64,000 nucleotides of DNA, taken from Neocallimastix sp. 'constans'. Lineage: Eukaryota. Position numbers and translations under genes: made by a program. This document shows, piece by piece, positions 52,920 to 64,000 of the stretch (position 1 is its first letter; each line of letters opens with the position of its first letter). Under the pieces are notes generated by a model that saw only the letters and a list, made by a program, of their open reading frames with translations, had not been told where the DNA came from and did no database searches. The stretch covers positions 62,001 through 126,000 of the forward strand of contig JBODTK010000146.1 of the NCBI GenBank assembly GCA_050613775.1, given 5' to 3'.

Positions 52920-53885
52920 ATGGAAAGTTTTAAATTAAATAGAGTTTGTAAAATTCTTGGAATTCAAAAACCAGTAATCCAAGCTCCATTATTTTGGATT
53001 ACTTCACCAAAACTTGTAGCAGCTGTTTCCAATGCTGGAGGTCTTGGTGTCCTTGGTCCAAATGCTGGTTTTGAAAAACCTGTTACAACAGTAAAAGACA
53101 CTGTAGAAGAAATGAGAAAATCTATTAGAAAAACACGTGAGCTTACGGATAAGCCATTTGGTGTGAACGTATTTACTCCTTCTGCTTCAAACCCATTTGG
53201 ATTTAGTAAAGCAATTGTGGATCTCTGTAAGGAAGAAGGTGTAAAAATTCTTGTTTCTGTTGGAGTTATGGATCCAAAAGATTTCAGTGAATGGAAAAAT
53301 GATGGTTTCACCGTTATAGCTAGAGAAATGAATCCAACAGTAAGAGGTGCCCTTGTAGCCGAAAAAGCTGGTGCTGATATTATTGTAGCTACTGGATGTG
53401 ATGAAGGTGGCTGTATGCCTATTCTTACTACTGGAACTACTTCTATTACTGCATTACTTTCAGATGCTGTTAAAGTCCCAGTTCTAGCAGCTGGTGGTAT
53501 TATTAATGAAAAATTTGCCAAAGCAGCAGCTATTGTTGGTGCTGAAGGTGCCTATGTGGGTTCTAGATTTATTTTATCAAAAGAAAATAGAGCCTCTGAT
53601 GCAGCTAAAAAAGATATTATGGCTACCCATCCTGATGACTACATTGTATACACTCATATGAATGGAACCTCTAGATGGAGAACCACACCTCATAAAATTG
53701 GAAGGGAAGCTCTTGAAGCTAATAAAAGAGGTGATTTAAATCCTTCTTCAGGTGATTTCTTTAAGGGAGTAGTTAAAGGAGATCTTGAAGCTAGTGTTAA
53801 TAGTGTATGTAATGTCGCTTCATTAATTAAATCTATTGATTCCTGCAAGGATATTGTTAATGAAATTGCTAGGGGATTTTTATAA
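52920..53885 (+). CDS. Nitronate monooxygenase / enoyl-ACP reductase FabK-family FMN TIM-barrel oxidoreductase
   Basis: Intronless 321 aa with LGIQKPVIQAP, LVAAVSNAGGLGVLG, TDKPFGVN, GADIIVATGCDEGG, VPVLAAGGI and GAEGAYVGSRF family motifs. Confidence 0.92.
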   Translation: MESFKLNRVCKILGIQKPVIQAPLFWITSPKLVAAVSNAGGLGVLGPNAGFEKPVTTVKDTVEEMRKSIRKTRELTDKPFGVNVFTPSASNPFGFSKAIVDLCKEEGVKILVSVGVMDPKDFSEWKNDGFTVIAREMNPTVRGALVAEKAGADIIVATGCDEGGCMPILTTGTTSITALLSDAVKVPVLAAGGIINEKFAKAAAIVGAEGAYVGSRFILSKENRASDAAKKDIMATHPDDYIVYTHMNGTSRWRTTPHKIGREALEANKRGDLNPSSGDFFKGVVKGDLEASVNSVCNVASLIKSIDSCKDIVNEIARGFL

Positions 53886-54047
53886 ATTCAATAATTTTTT
53901 TTTTATTTAATTTTTTAAAAAAGTAAAATAATAATAATAATAATAACAATAATAATAATAATAATCCAAAAGATAATCATAATAATTCAAAAATAAGTAA
54001 TAAGTAAAGTTTTTCATATTTGATTGCTTTACTATTATTATTTATAA

Positions 54048-54080
<33 letters not shown>

Positions 54081-54469
54081 TATGTAATATACATATAATA
54101 ATCTATTAAATAAAATCTATTAATATGACTATAATGTTTCTTAAAAATAAATAAATAAATAAATGAGTAAATAAATGTTTATAATACATATTATTGTTTT
54201 TTAAATAAGCATGTTAAAAAAACGTATTATAATTGGTTTTCTTTTCATTTGAATTTATATTTTATGATTTAAGATTTATATTTTATGATTTATATTTTAT
54301 TTTATGAAGTATATATAAATATTAATAATAATAATTAATTACATTGTTTATAATATTATGTAATAAAAAAAATAATTATTTTTTAAAGACTATATTTAAA
54401 AATTATTAATGAATTAAAAATATAATATGTATAAAACAATTTAATAAATTGTTTTTTTTTTTTTTTTTA

Positions 54470-54710
54470 TTCAAGAATTCTTATAATAATTTACATTTTT
54501 TTTTAAACATAAATAAATTTTATATTTTATATCTATTATTATTTTCAATAATTTTATTTTTAATAAATATATATTTCTAAGAAAAAAAATGAAAAATCAA
54601 TTCAATAATTCTTATAATGAATAATAATTTATTTTTTTTTTTATTTTAAACATAAATAAAATTTATATTTTATATCTATTATAATTTTCAATAATTTTAT
54701 TTTAATATAT
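54470..54710. repeat. ~130-bp tandem duplication
   Basis: aattcttataat..ttttaaacataaa..tttatattttatatctattat..ttttcaataattttatttt occurs twice. Confidence 0.7.
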
Positions 54711-55046
54711 ATGTATTTCTAACATTTTATAATTAAAAATTAAATAAAATTAAATTAAATAAATATAATGGGTTATTTTCTATAATTTTTACTTTATAGT
54801 TTAATTTTATGGTTTAAATAGGCAATTTTTAAATTAATAATAATATTTATTATTATTATTATCATCTATAGTTAAATTTTTATTATTACAGTTATTTTTT
54901 TTTTTTTTTAATTTTTTTTATTTAAAAAAAAATAATAATTATTCTATTAAATATTGATAATTTTTCATTATAGTTTTAGTATATTTTATTTATTTATTTA
55001 TTTATTTATTTTTTTATATTTTTTTTTTTATTTATTTATTTTAATT

Positions 55047-58013
55047 TTAGACATTAATATTACAATAGGATGGAATACCACACCAATGATTATTCTCATA
55101 ACCCCATTTACCATTATTATCTGTTTCATATACAACACATTTTTTACAGCAAGAATATCCAAACTTTTCGGACCAACACAATTCTTCTTGATTAGAAGTA
55201 ATTCTTTTATAAGAGGTAAGTCCACACCATGTCTTTTTTTCAAAATCATAACCCCAATCCCCCAAATTATCATGTGCAAAGACTTCAGTTATACTGGATG
55301 AACAGCAAGGATAGTTCAGTAATTCAGCATAACATTGAAAAGAATATGGAGTTTCCTTGGAAGTTGTTGTTTCTGTGATAGAATTTGATGTAGTTTCAAC
55401 ACTGGATGTTGTTGTTTCTGTGATAGTAGTGGATGTAGTTTCAACATTGGATGTCGTTGTTTCTGTGATAGAAGTGGATGTAGTTTCAACATTGGAAGTT
55501 GTACTTGATGATATAGAAGAAGGTGATATTTCTGCTGAAATACTTGTAGATGACGTTAAAGAAGTAGAAGAAGAAGAGGAGGTAGTAGTTATAGAAGAAG
55601 AGGTGATAGTAATGGAGGTTGTCAATGAAGAATCAGATGTTGTAGTTGATGGAATGATTAATGAAGTAGATGAGGTAGTAGAAGTGGTGGTTGATGAAAG
55701 AATAGCTGTTGTGGTTGATGGATTAATTGATGAAATTATAGTTGAATTATCGGAAATATTTGTATTATTACTATTATCTTTTACATCTTCAGTATTATTA
55801 TCATTTTCAATATTTTTATTATTTTCAGTATTATCACCATTTTCATCATTACCAATATTTCCAACATCATCATTATTATTATTATCGGTATCATTATCGA
55901 AATCATTATCAAAATCATTATCTTCATTATCAAAATCATTATCTTCATTATCATTATCATTATTTGAAAAAATGGTATCATAGTCTACATTAATATTAAT
56001 TGGATATTCAAAGTTTTCATCCATATATTTAGAATCACATTCCAATGAAAGGATTTGACATAAATAACGGTATTTCACAAGAATCCAATACTTAATTCCA
56101 TAACTTTTATAACGGCCGATAGGGTCAGCAATGGCAGTAAATTCACTGTTAGCATCCCATTGTTCTAATGAATAAATTTCTAAAGATTTATCTAAATTTC
56201 CAGGATATTTACCATTTTCATCTGGGTACTTTTCCTTCTTTACATAGGGCGTAATAAATTTTTTAATTTCATCGATATGTGGGAAAAGTATAGTTGGATT
56301 AAAAACTTTAGTGATAATCTTTTTTAGTGTATCAACAAACCGAGTGGGATGATTTAATATTAAAATTTTAATTAAATGGTCCTGTCCATTATACCATTCA
56401 ATAAAGGAATAGGCTGCAAATTCATATTTTTTATCTTCATGATCAATAAAAAGTTCTTCTATATTGTTGGATGCAATTGTTTTATTATTTTGATTTATTT
56501 CGGTTTCATTTAAACTACTGTCGGTTCTACGTAATAATGAAGAATATAATGTTGAATTAGAAATGAAAAATGATTTAGATGATGGAAATTCTATTTGTGA
56601 AATAAAATGACTATTAATATCTTGTCCAAATTCTCCATCAAAATCATAAATTAAATATTTCCATTTTTTATCGACACTATTTGCTTTATAAAAATAAAAG
56701 TTATGACTATGAACTGGATAATGATCCCATGAACCAAATAAATATTCTAATGCTATTTCCGTTAAATATTGATCAATATCTAATATATCTTCTAGGTTAT
56801 TGGCAGATTCAGCTTCATCTATTGAAGTTAAAAATTCTTCCCAATCTTTTTTATCAGTAAAATTCTCATTTTCATTTGTACATCCTTTAACAGCAGTTTT
56901 CTTTGAAATTCCATTATGTACATCATCACATTTATATAAAAATGTGGAATTCTTATCATTATATAAAAATTCAACCCATGACAATTTTATAGCATCCATA
57001 ATAATATAAAAACCTAAATAGTCCTCATTAATATATAACGTAATATAATTAGCTGAAATAGATGGAATACCTAAAGCATTATGTATATCGCATGCTAATT
57101 TATTTCTTAAAAATGTAGCATCTCTGGATCCAGATCGTATTTTAAATTGAGTCCTGCCATATAAATCATCTTTATTACGAATTTTTATGTTATAACAAGG
57201 TTTACCATAAGAACGTGAAGATCTTCCCCCTAATTTTAAAGTAAGTTTACTAAATTCTTTTCGTTCACTATTATATGTATAATATATATATATATAATAC
57301 ATATTATTAATACATATTGTATAATATATTATTATTAGTTACATATTATATAAAAATAATTTTATTAATAAACTTTACAAATTAACAAGATAATAGAACA
57401 TACCCATTAATTTCAACGCTCATGGTACCATTTTTAGTTTTAAATTCTTCAGTATCATCATCATCAATAATATCATAAATAATATTCTTTCTAAAAATTT
57501 TATCAACATCATTAAAAATTTTAAACTGTGGACCTTCTTCAGTCATTCTATCAATAGCTTTGGTAATAGAAGTAATATTAAAATTTGGATCGTTACTTAA
57601 AACTCTTTCATAAAATTCGTATTCATCAATATCTTTAATATTTTTATATATATCTTCTGTAATATATTTTCCACTTAAAACTTCGGCATCGTTAATTTTA
57701 GCATAACCTTCTTCATCAATATGAAATTGAGGTAGCATTTCATCCAAATTCTGATCGGGATATGTTTCTTTGAAATTAATATCTTTTATATACTCTAAAA
57801 ATGATTTTACTTGACCATTATACTTATTTTGTAGGCTTGTAACGTTAAAATCGTATATATCTTTTTTATAATATCCGAGTTTATATTTCAATTGTTTGTA
57901 TTCTAATGGCGGTATACTAATTCTAAATACAGGTATTTCATTATCAGTTAATTCAAAAAATCGAGGACGTTGTCCTTTTTCAATAAAAGATGTCAATGCA
58001 GAAATTCCATATA
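55047..58013 (-). CDS. cotH: CotH-family protein with Ser/Thr linker and two C-terminal fungal dockerin (CBM10-like) domains; exons ~58013-57404 and 57267-55047, 5' signal-peptide exon unresolved
   Basis: FKTKNGTMSVEING|ERKEF..LKLGGRSSR..YNIKI..LYGRTQFKIRS..DATFLRNKLACDI..WDHY..HNFYFY..YDFDGEFG (CotH). Dockerins CYAELLNYPCC..GDWGYD..WCGL and CWSEKFGYSCC..GKWGYENNHWCGI. GT..AG intron at 57403-57268. Confidence 0.92.
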
Positions 58014-59790
58014 CTATATATATATAAATATATTATATAATTTTAGATATATTGAATATTTATTTTTATTATAAAATTTATTGTAATTTCAATAAAATTA
58101 TACATAAAAAAATATATATATATATTTAATATATAATTTAGATTTTTCTTTAACATTATATTATATACTCTATTATTTATAATATTTATATCTGTAATAT
58201 TTATTAAAATTTATTTTATTTTTTGTATTATTATTCTTTTTATATTAATTTCATTTTTAATTATCATATTTATTTATTTATTTATATATACTTTTCTTTC
58301 TTTATTCATAAGATTAATTTATATAATAGAAATTTATAAATATTTAATGAATATATTTATATATATATTTTTAAAATTTACCTAAAGAAAATATAATATA
58401 CAATTCATTTATCATTTTTTTAGATTTTATTTTTTTTATTATACTTTTTTTTATATTTAATAAGTGATTTTCATTTATAAATAATATATTTTTGTTTTCT
58501 AATTTTTATTTTTAAATTTACTATATTTTGTTTATTTATAATAAATTAATATTTTATATGTACAAACAAAATAATTTAAACAATTATTATATTTATTTAA
58601 TATATAACTTATATAATTATATTCATAAATTATAACGTTTAAAGAAAAAAAATTTATTATAAATTATTCTATGCTATTTTACAAAAAAAAAAAAAAAGGA
58701 AAAAAAAAAGAAAAAAAAAAAAAAGGAAAATTGAACGAAATGAAAAAAGATATACTACTTAAAGTTTTACTTCAACAAACGGCTTATTTAATTTTTTATA
58801 GTTTTAATTTTAATTTTGTATTAATATATTTCATTTATTAACGGCATTTAATTTAAATTAAATAATATATAATAATGTTCTTTCTATCCAATAAATATTA
58901 AGTAATAAACTTTATTTATAATATATTTAATTTTTTAATAATTAAAAATAATTTTATTTATAGTAATATATTTAATTTATATATAATAATTTTTTATAAT
59001 TTTTTATTATTATTTTTTTTTTTTTTTTTTTTTAAATTGTAAAAATTAAATAATTTTCCCATTGTACTTATATGTATGTATTTCTTAATATAATATAAAA
59101 TATATTGTTAATTTTTTGTTTAACATTTTTTTAATTGTTTATTATAGCTTTTTTGAGTTGTTGAACCAAAATAGCTATAATTAAAAATAACTTAATGCTT
59201 TTTCAGTTACTTCATGATAATTTTTAATTTCACACTAATCAATATTCCCTTTAAAATTTTCATTTTTAAGTTCGTCCATATTTTCACTATTCATCTAAGA
59301 GCCAAGAGAAAGCAAAACAAATTGACTGTTCCATTATTGGCCATATATACATTTTAAAAATATGTAATTTTATATATTGTTTTTATTATTATTTTTATTT
59401 TTATTTTTTTATTTTTTATTTTTTTTTTTTATTATATTTTTTATTTTATATGAGCAGATTTTTTTAAATGATTTTTTCCATTGAATATCAATGAAAGCAG
59501 TACGAGGAAAATCAAGGAATTAATATTTATATTCCTCTCCTAAATATTCTTTTTGGCATTGGTTTGTAAATATAAATTTGTACAAGGAGAAGTAATAATT
59601 GTATTATAAAAACTAATATTATTAAAAATAGTATTTTTATTACCTTTAATAATATTATTGAATTTATTATTATAAATATTATTATTATCATTACTATTAC
59701 TATTATTATTATTATTAGTATTAATAGTATTAGTAGTAGTAGTAATAGTAGTAATAGTAGTAGTAGTAGTATTAGTATTTTTAATATTAA

Positions 59791-59851
<61 letters not shown>

Positions 59852-59864
59852 TTATTATTGAGAC

Positions 59865-59901
<37 letters not shown>

Positions 59902-59939
59902 GTGATTAGTATTGTTGTTGCTCTTGCAAGAATAAGAAC

Positions 59940-60460
59940 TGAAAATTCAGGTTATTAAAAAGGAGGATTTTTTAATATTAAATTCCATAAAAATTTTATT
60001 TGCTCAATTTGAATAAATATTAAACATATTTTGTAAATCTTTCAAATTATTGTGATTTAATTTTATGTCATCAGCATAAAACAATAATGTGGTAAAGGAT
60101 CATTGGGATATTTTCTTGTAATTTCCTCTGAATATATTGAATAATATATAGTGAATAAAATAGATCCTTGCAATAATCCTTTTTCCAAATAAATTTCTTT
60201 TTTAAATTCCTGATTTAAAAAGAGGTAATTTAGTTTTCAATTCCAGTGGATATATTTCTTTCATTTAAATTTTCAATTAAAAAACAAAATGGGATGGAAT
60301 CATAAGCATTTTTAATATCTAAAAAAAAAAACATTTTATCTGTCTTTAGAGCAGATTGCATCTGAAACTCTAACATGAGTAATGGTATAATAACCATTTC
60401 TAGACCTAACATAGTATTGTAGATAATTATTTTATATGTTGGGAACTTCATTCTTATACA
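59940..60460 (-). mobile_element. Decayed LINE reverse-transcriptase fragment
   Basis: FFLDIKNAYDSIP (RT domain 3), EKGLLQGS (domain 4, ~60165-60188) and LLFYADDIK (domain 5, ~60062-60088) occur in the correct order, broken by stops and frameshifts. Confidence 0.8.
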
Positions 60461-60764
60461 AATGAAGATTTTTATTATTATTAAGATTAGTTATTAATAA
60501 AAAATATCAAAATTAATTTTTTTTTATAAATAATAAACCAATAATAATAATAATTATAATAATAAAAAGGAAAAAAAATTAAAAATATAATATATTTAAT
60601 TTTTTTATTTATTTAATTTATATTATTAATATCATTTTCAAAATAAAAAGGTTTTTTTTTTTTTTCATATTTATTTATATATTTTTTATTATATAAATAA
60701 AAAATATTGGATACTTAATTAATAATTTTTTTATTTTTGATAATTATTATTATTATTATAATAA

Positions 60765-63447
60765 CTAGTTTTCAAAGTCAAATATTTCAATTTCATTATC
60801 ACTAAAATCTTTAGCAGAAAAATAAATGTCTGTTTCACTATTATGATCTTCATTGTTTAGTTATTTATCATTTGTTAAATTTAAATCAATAATTTCATTA
60901 TCATCTGTATTAGTATATTCATTTTCATTTATATTAATGGATTCATTTTCATTAATAATAATGGATTCATTTTCATTTACTTCTTTATTGGAATTATCCT
61001 CAAAAATATTAAAATTTTCTCTTTTTTTCTCATTTTCTTCTTTTTCATTGGAACTATTATTATATAATAAAATTGAATTATCAAATTCATTATCATGGAT
61101 ATACATATTGTTTTTAAAAAATATTAATGAATTATTACTATTACCATATTTTTCTTTGTAAATATTTTTTCCTGTTTTAAAATAATTATAAATGTCATAT
61201 TTTTCAACTATCTCTTTTTTTATCGGTTTTGGTTTTTCTTTAATTAATTTATTTATTTTGTAATTTTTATAACTTAGATCATAATTAAATTTGTAATTAT
61301 TTTTATAATTATAATTTGAATTGTAATCATCATCATCATCATCATCATCATTATCATCATAAATATTATTTTTACTAATAATCATATCATAATCGTCACT
61401 ATCACTTTCATTATTACAATTATTATTGTTATTGTTATTGTTCTTGTTGTTGCTTTTATTTTTTATTTTTTGACTTTTTTTTTTATTATTTTGATTTTTA
61501 ATATCATGCTTTTGAATTATCTTTTTTATAGTATTATAATTAAAATTATTTTTATTAATTATTAATTCATTATAGATTAATTCATAATGTTGATTTATTG
61601 TTTTTTTTAATTTTTCATTTTCATCTTTTTTGGTTTCATGAGCATCAATATATTGAAATAATAATAATTCAATTATATCTTTATTTTGATCATTTAGTAT
61701 ATTTGAATATATTAGTGAAATTGCTTTTTCATTATTGATTTCATTAATATTAATCTTTTTACTTTCTAATATTAATTTAAAATGAGTAATATTTTTATTT
61801 TCGAGAGCATATATTATAAATGATTTTTGATTTTCATCTTTTTCATCTATTATTCCATTATATAGATTAATTATAACTTTTGATAAATCAATAAAATTGT
61901 TTTTAATTGAAAAAATCAATGGTGCTTGAATAAATTTATTCTTTTTCTTTCTTAAAATATAAAATCCATTTTTTATTATTGTTTCAATGAATGATTCATT
62001 ATTAATAATATTATTTAATAATAAATTTTTAAATTGACCCCATTTAATATATGATATATTATTAATTAATAATTTATAAACCATTTTATTTTTTATTCCA
62101 TTTTTTAAAAGATAAACTAAAGGCGTTTCATCATTATTATTAGATAAATTAAAATCTGATTTATATTGACCAGATTGTAGATATTCAATACAATTATAAT
62201 TTTTATTTTTAATAGCCACCATTAACGCCGTATCACCCTCAGTGTTTTTTAAACTTATATTTTCTTTTGTAATTAATTTTGATATACATTTATAATTATT
62301 AAATTGACAAGCTATATGCAATGCACTCGATTTAGTATTATCTACTATATTTTTATTTGGATTATATTTCAATAATAAATTAAAAATTTTTAAATTATTA
62401 TCACAATATTGTGATGGACGCATCAATGGTGTTTTGAATAGATTATTTTTAATATTAATTATATCATTATAATTATCTAAAATATTTTTTATATAATTAT
62501 ATTTTTGTCTTTTAATATAATCAAATAATAAATTACTTTTTTCCTTTCTTGTGCTTTCTTTTTTATTCATTTGTTCATACAAATTTTCAATTTTTTCGAT
62601 AACATAAAAATTCATTAATTTCAAAGCGGCTAATTTTAACTTTTTATAAAATTCTGATTTAATAAACTCATTCATTCCATAATAAAAAATAAAAAGTTTT
62701 ATTACTTCTAATTTATAATCATTTTTAACAATACTTAAATATGAGATTTCATTTAAATTTCCTAAATTTATGTATTTAAATTTTTCTTTAAGTATATGAT
62801 TAAAACTTTTTTTTGAAATAGCCTTTCTTTTCCATAAACTATCATATTAATCAATTCCTTATTATTGATAATGCAATAATAATTGATTGTAAAACGAATT
62901 AAATGATAACTATATTTAGGGTTATCTGACATTACCAAAAAATCTATAATTAAATAATCAATAAAAGAAAGATTCAAGTTATCATCCAATTCATTAGTTT
63001 TACAAATTTTATAAGGGATAAAATTTATATCAATATCATGAGTAATTAAAAATTTAATTTTACTAGCGTTACTTAAAAATTGTTTTCTATTTGTTTGAAA
63101 AGTTAAAAAGTTTAATACTAAATTATTTTTATCTGTTACAGTTCCATTAATATCAAAACCATACCTTAAAAATAATTCAAAATATTCGAAATTACTCATT
63201 TCTAATAATTTAAGTAAAATCCAAGAATATATTTTTTTTAGTGAAGGTTTTTTTGATAACTTTTTAAAAAAAATTCACAAGTATTATAAGGAAGTTTCAA
63301 ACCTAAAACTTTGATAATTATATAAAAATCATTATCATAATAGGTATAAATTTTTCTAAGTCTTTGTGAATTCTTTATAATATTATCCAAGGTTTGTAAT
63401 TTATATATTTCTAATAAAACATGATTACTATAATAATAAAAAGTCAT
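60765..63447 (-). pseudogene. Disrupted ankyrin-repeat gene, paralog of 35085-40109
   Basis: Three ORFs in different frames are collinear with the intact gene (YGFDIN, IKFLITHDIDI, TKSSALHIACQFNNY, LITKENI, LLLFQYID). Frameshifts near 63250 and 62825, and an in-frame TAA at 60861-60863 followed by ~30 more open codons. Confidence 0.75.
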
Positions 63448-63959
63448 TTTAAAGTAAATAAAAGTTAAAAATTATTTAAAATAAAAAATTTTATTTAAAG
63501 CTTAAATAAAGTTTGTTAAATTAATTATTAAAAAATTACCGTTCAACAGCAAATTTTGAATTCTGACAATATGAAATATAATCATTAATAGTATTCATTT
63601 TGTATAATATTTTTTATATTTTAAAACTGATTTTATTCTTAACTTTTTTATAAGTATATAAAATATATATATTTTATCTTTTTATTTTATTTTTATAATC
63701 AAAAAAAAAAAAAAAAAAAAAAAACAACTCAATAATAATTTATATAATTTATATATATAATATTCTTTAACATTTTTATTAATTATTATATCTAAATTAA
63801 TTTTTGTTTTTTAAAGTTTTCAAAAAATCTATTGGTCAATGAATTGATTTTATTTGCATTTTTAAATATAATTATTATACATTTTTTAAAAATTATTGAA
63901 AAATTTTTATTTTAATCTTTATGTTTTTTTTTTTTTATTTATTTAAAATTTAAAATTAA

Positions 63960-64000
<41 letters not shown>

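Noticed and set aside
52964..53521. Antisense or alternate-frame ORFs over real genes (also 11969, 31081, 36077, 37805, 42503, 43493, 55357, 56800, 60853)
   Set aside because: Shadows of codon bias and low complexity in the true CDS on the other strand.

Overview
Extremely AT-rich, intron-containing eukaryotic DNA, almost certainly from an anaerobic gut fungus (Neocallimastigomycota). This is inferred from a CotH gene with two C-terminal fungal dockerins, the poly-A/T and AAT microsatellite background, Asn-rich ORFs and a bacterial-type intronless oxidoreductase. Bases 1-12 kb contain no recognisable intact gene. Spliced by hand: a UBE2E-type ubiquitin-conjugating enzyme (5 exons), YOP1/REEP (4 exons) and TFIIF large subunit TFG1 (9 exons, minus). 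Also present are a secreted, probably GPI-anchored Cys/Asn-rich protein, a large ankyrin-repeat gene with a disrupted inverted paralog near the window end, a nitronate monooxygenase/FabK-family gene and CotH-dockerin. The most interesting part is a retroelement cluster at 40.8-51.3 kb with three elements. (i) A young, intact Ty1/copia element whose PBS matches the anticodon arm of tRNA-Lys(CUU) (half-tRNA priming) and whose pol is in the +1 frame with a Ty1-like GGG-AGG-C heptamer in the overlap. (ii) A tRNA-headed, poly(A)-tailed SINE-like element that shares a structured 3' motif with a second poly(A)-tailed fragment at 33.9 kb and carries a CCUAACCCUAA telomere-template-like 11-mer. (iii) A gag-only LTR element with apparently identical LTRs, inserted 14 bp upstream of that tRNA-like head. 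Two decayed LINE RT relics are also present. All calls come from reading the sequence; no searches were run.
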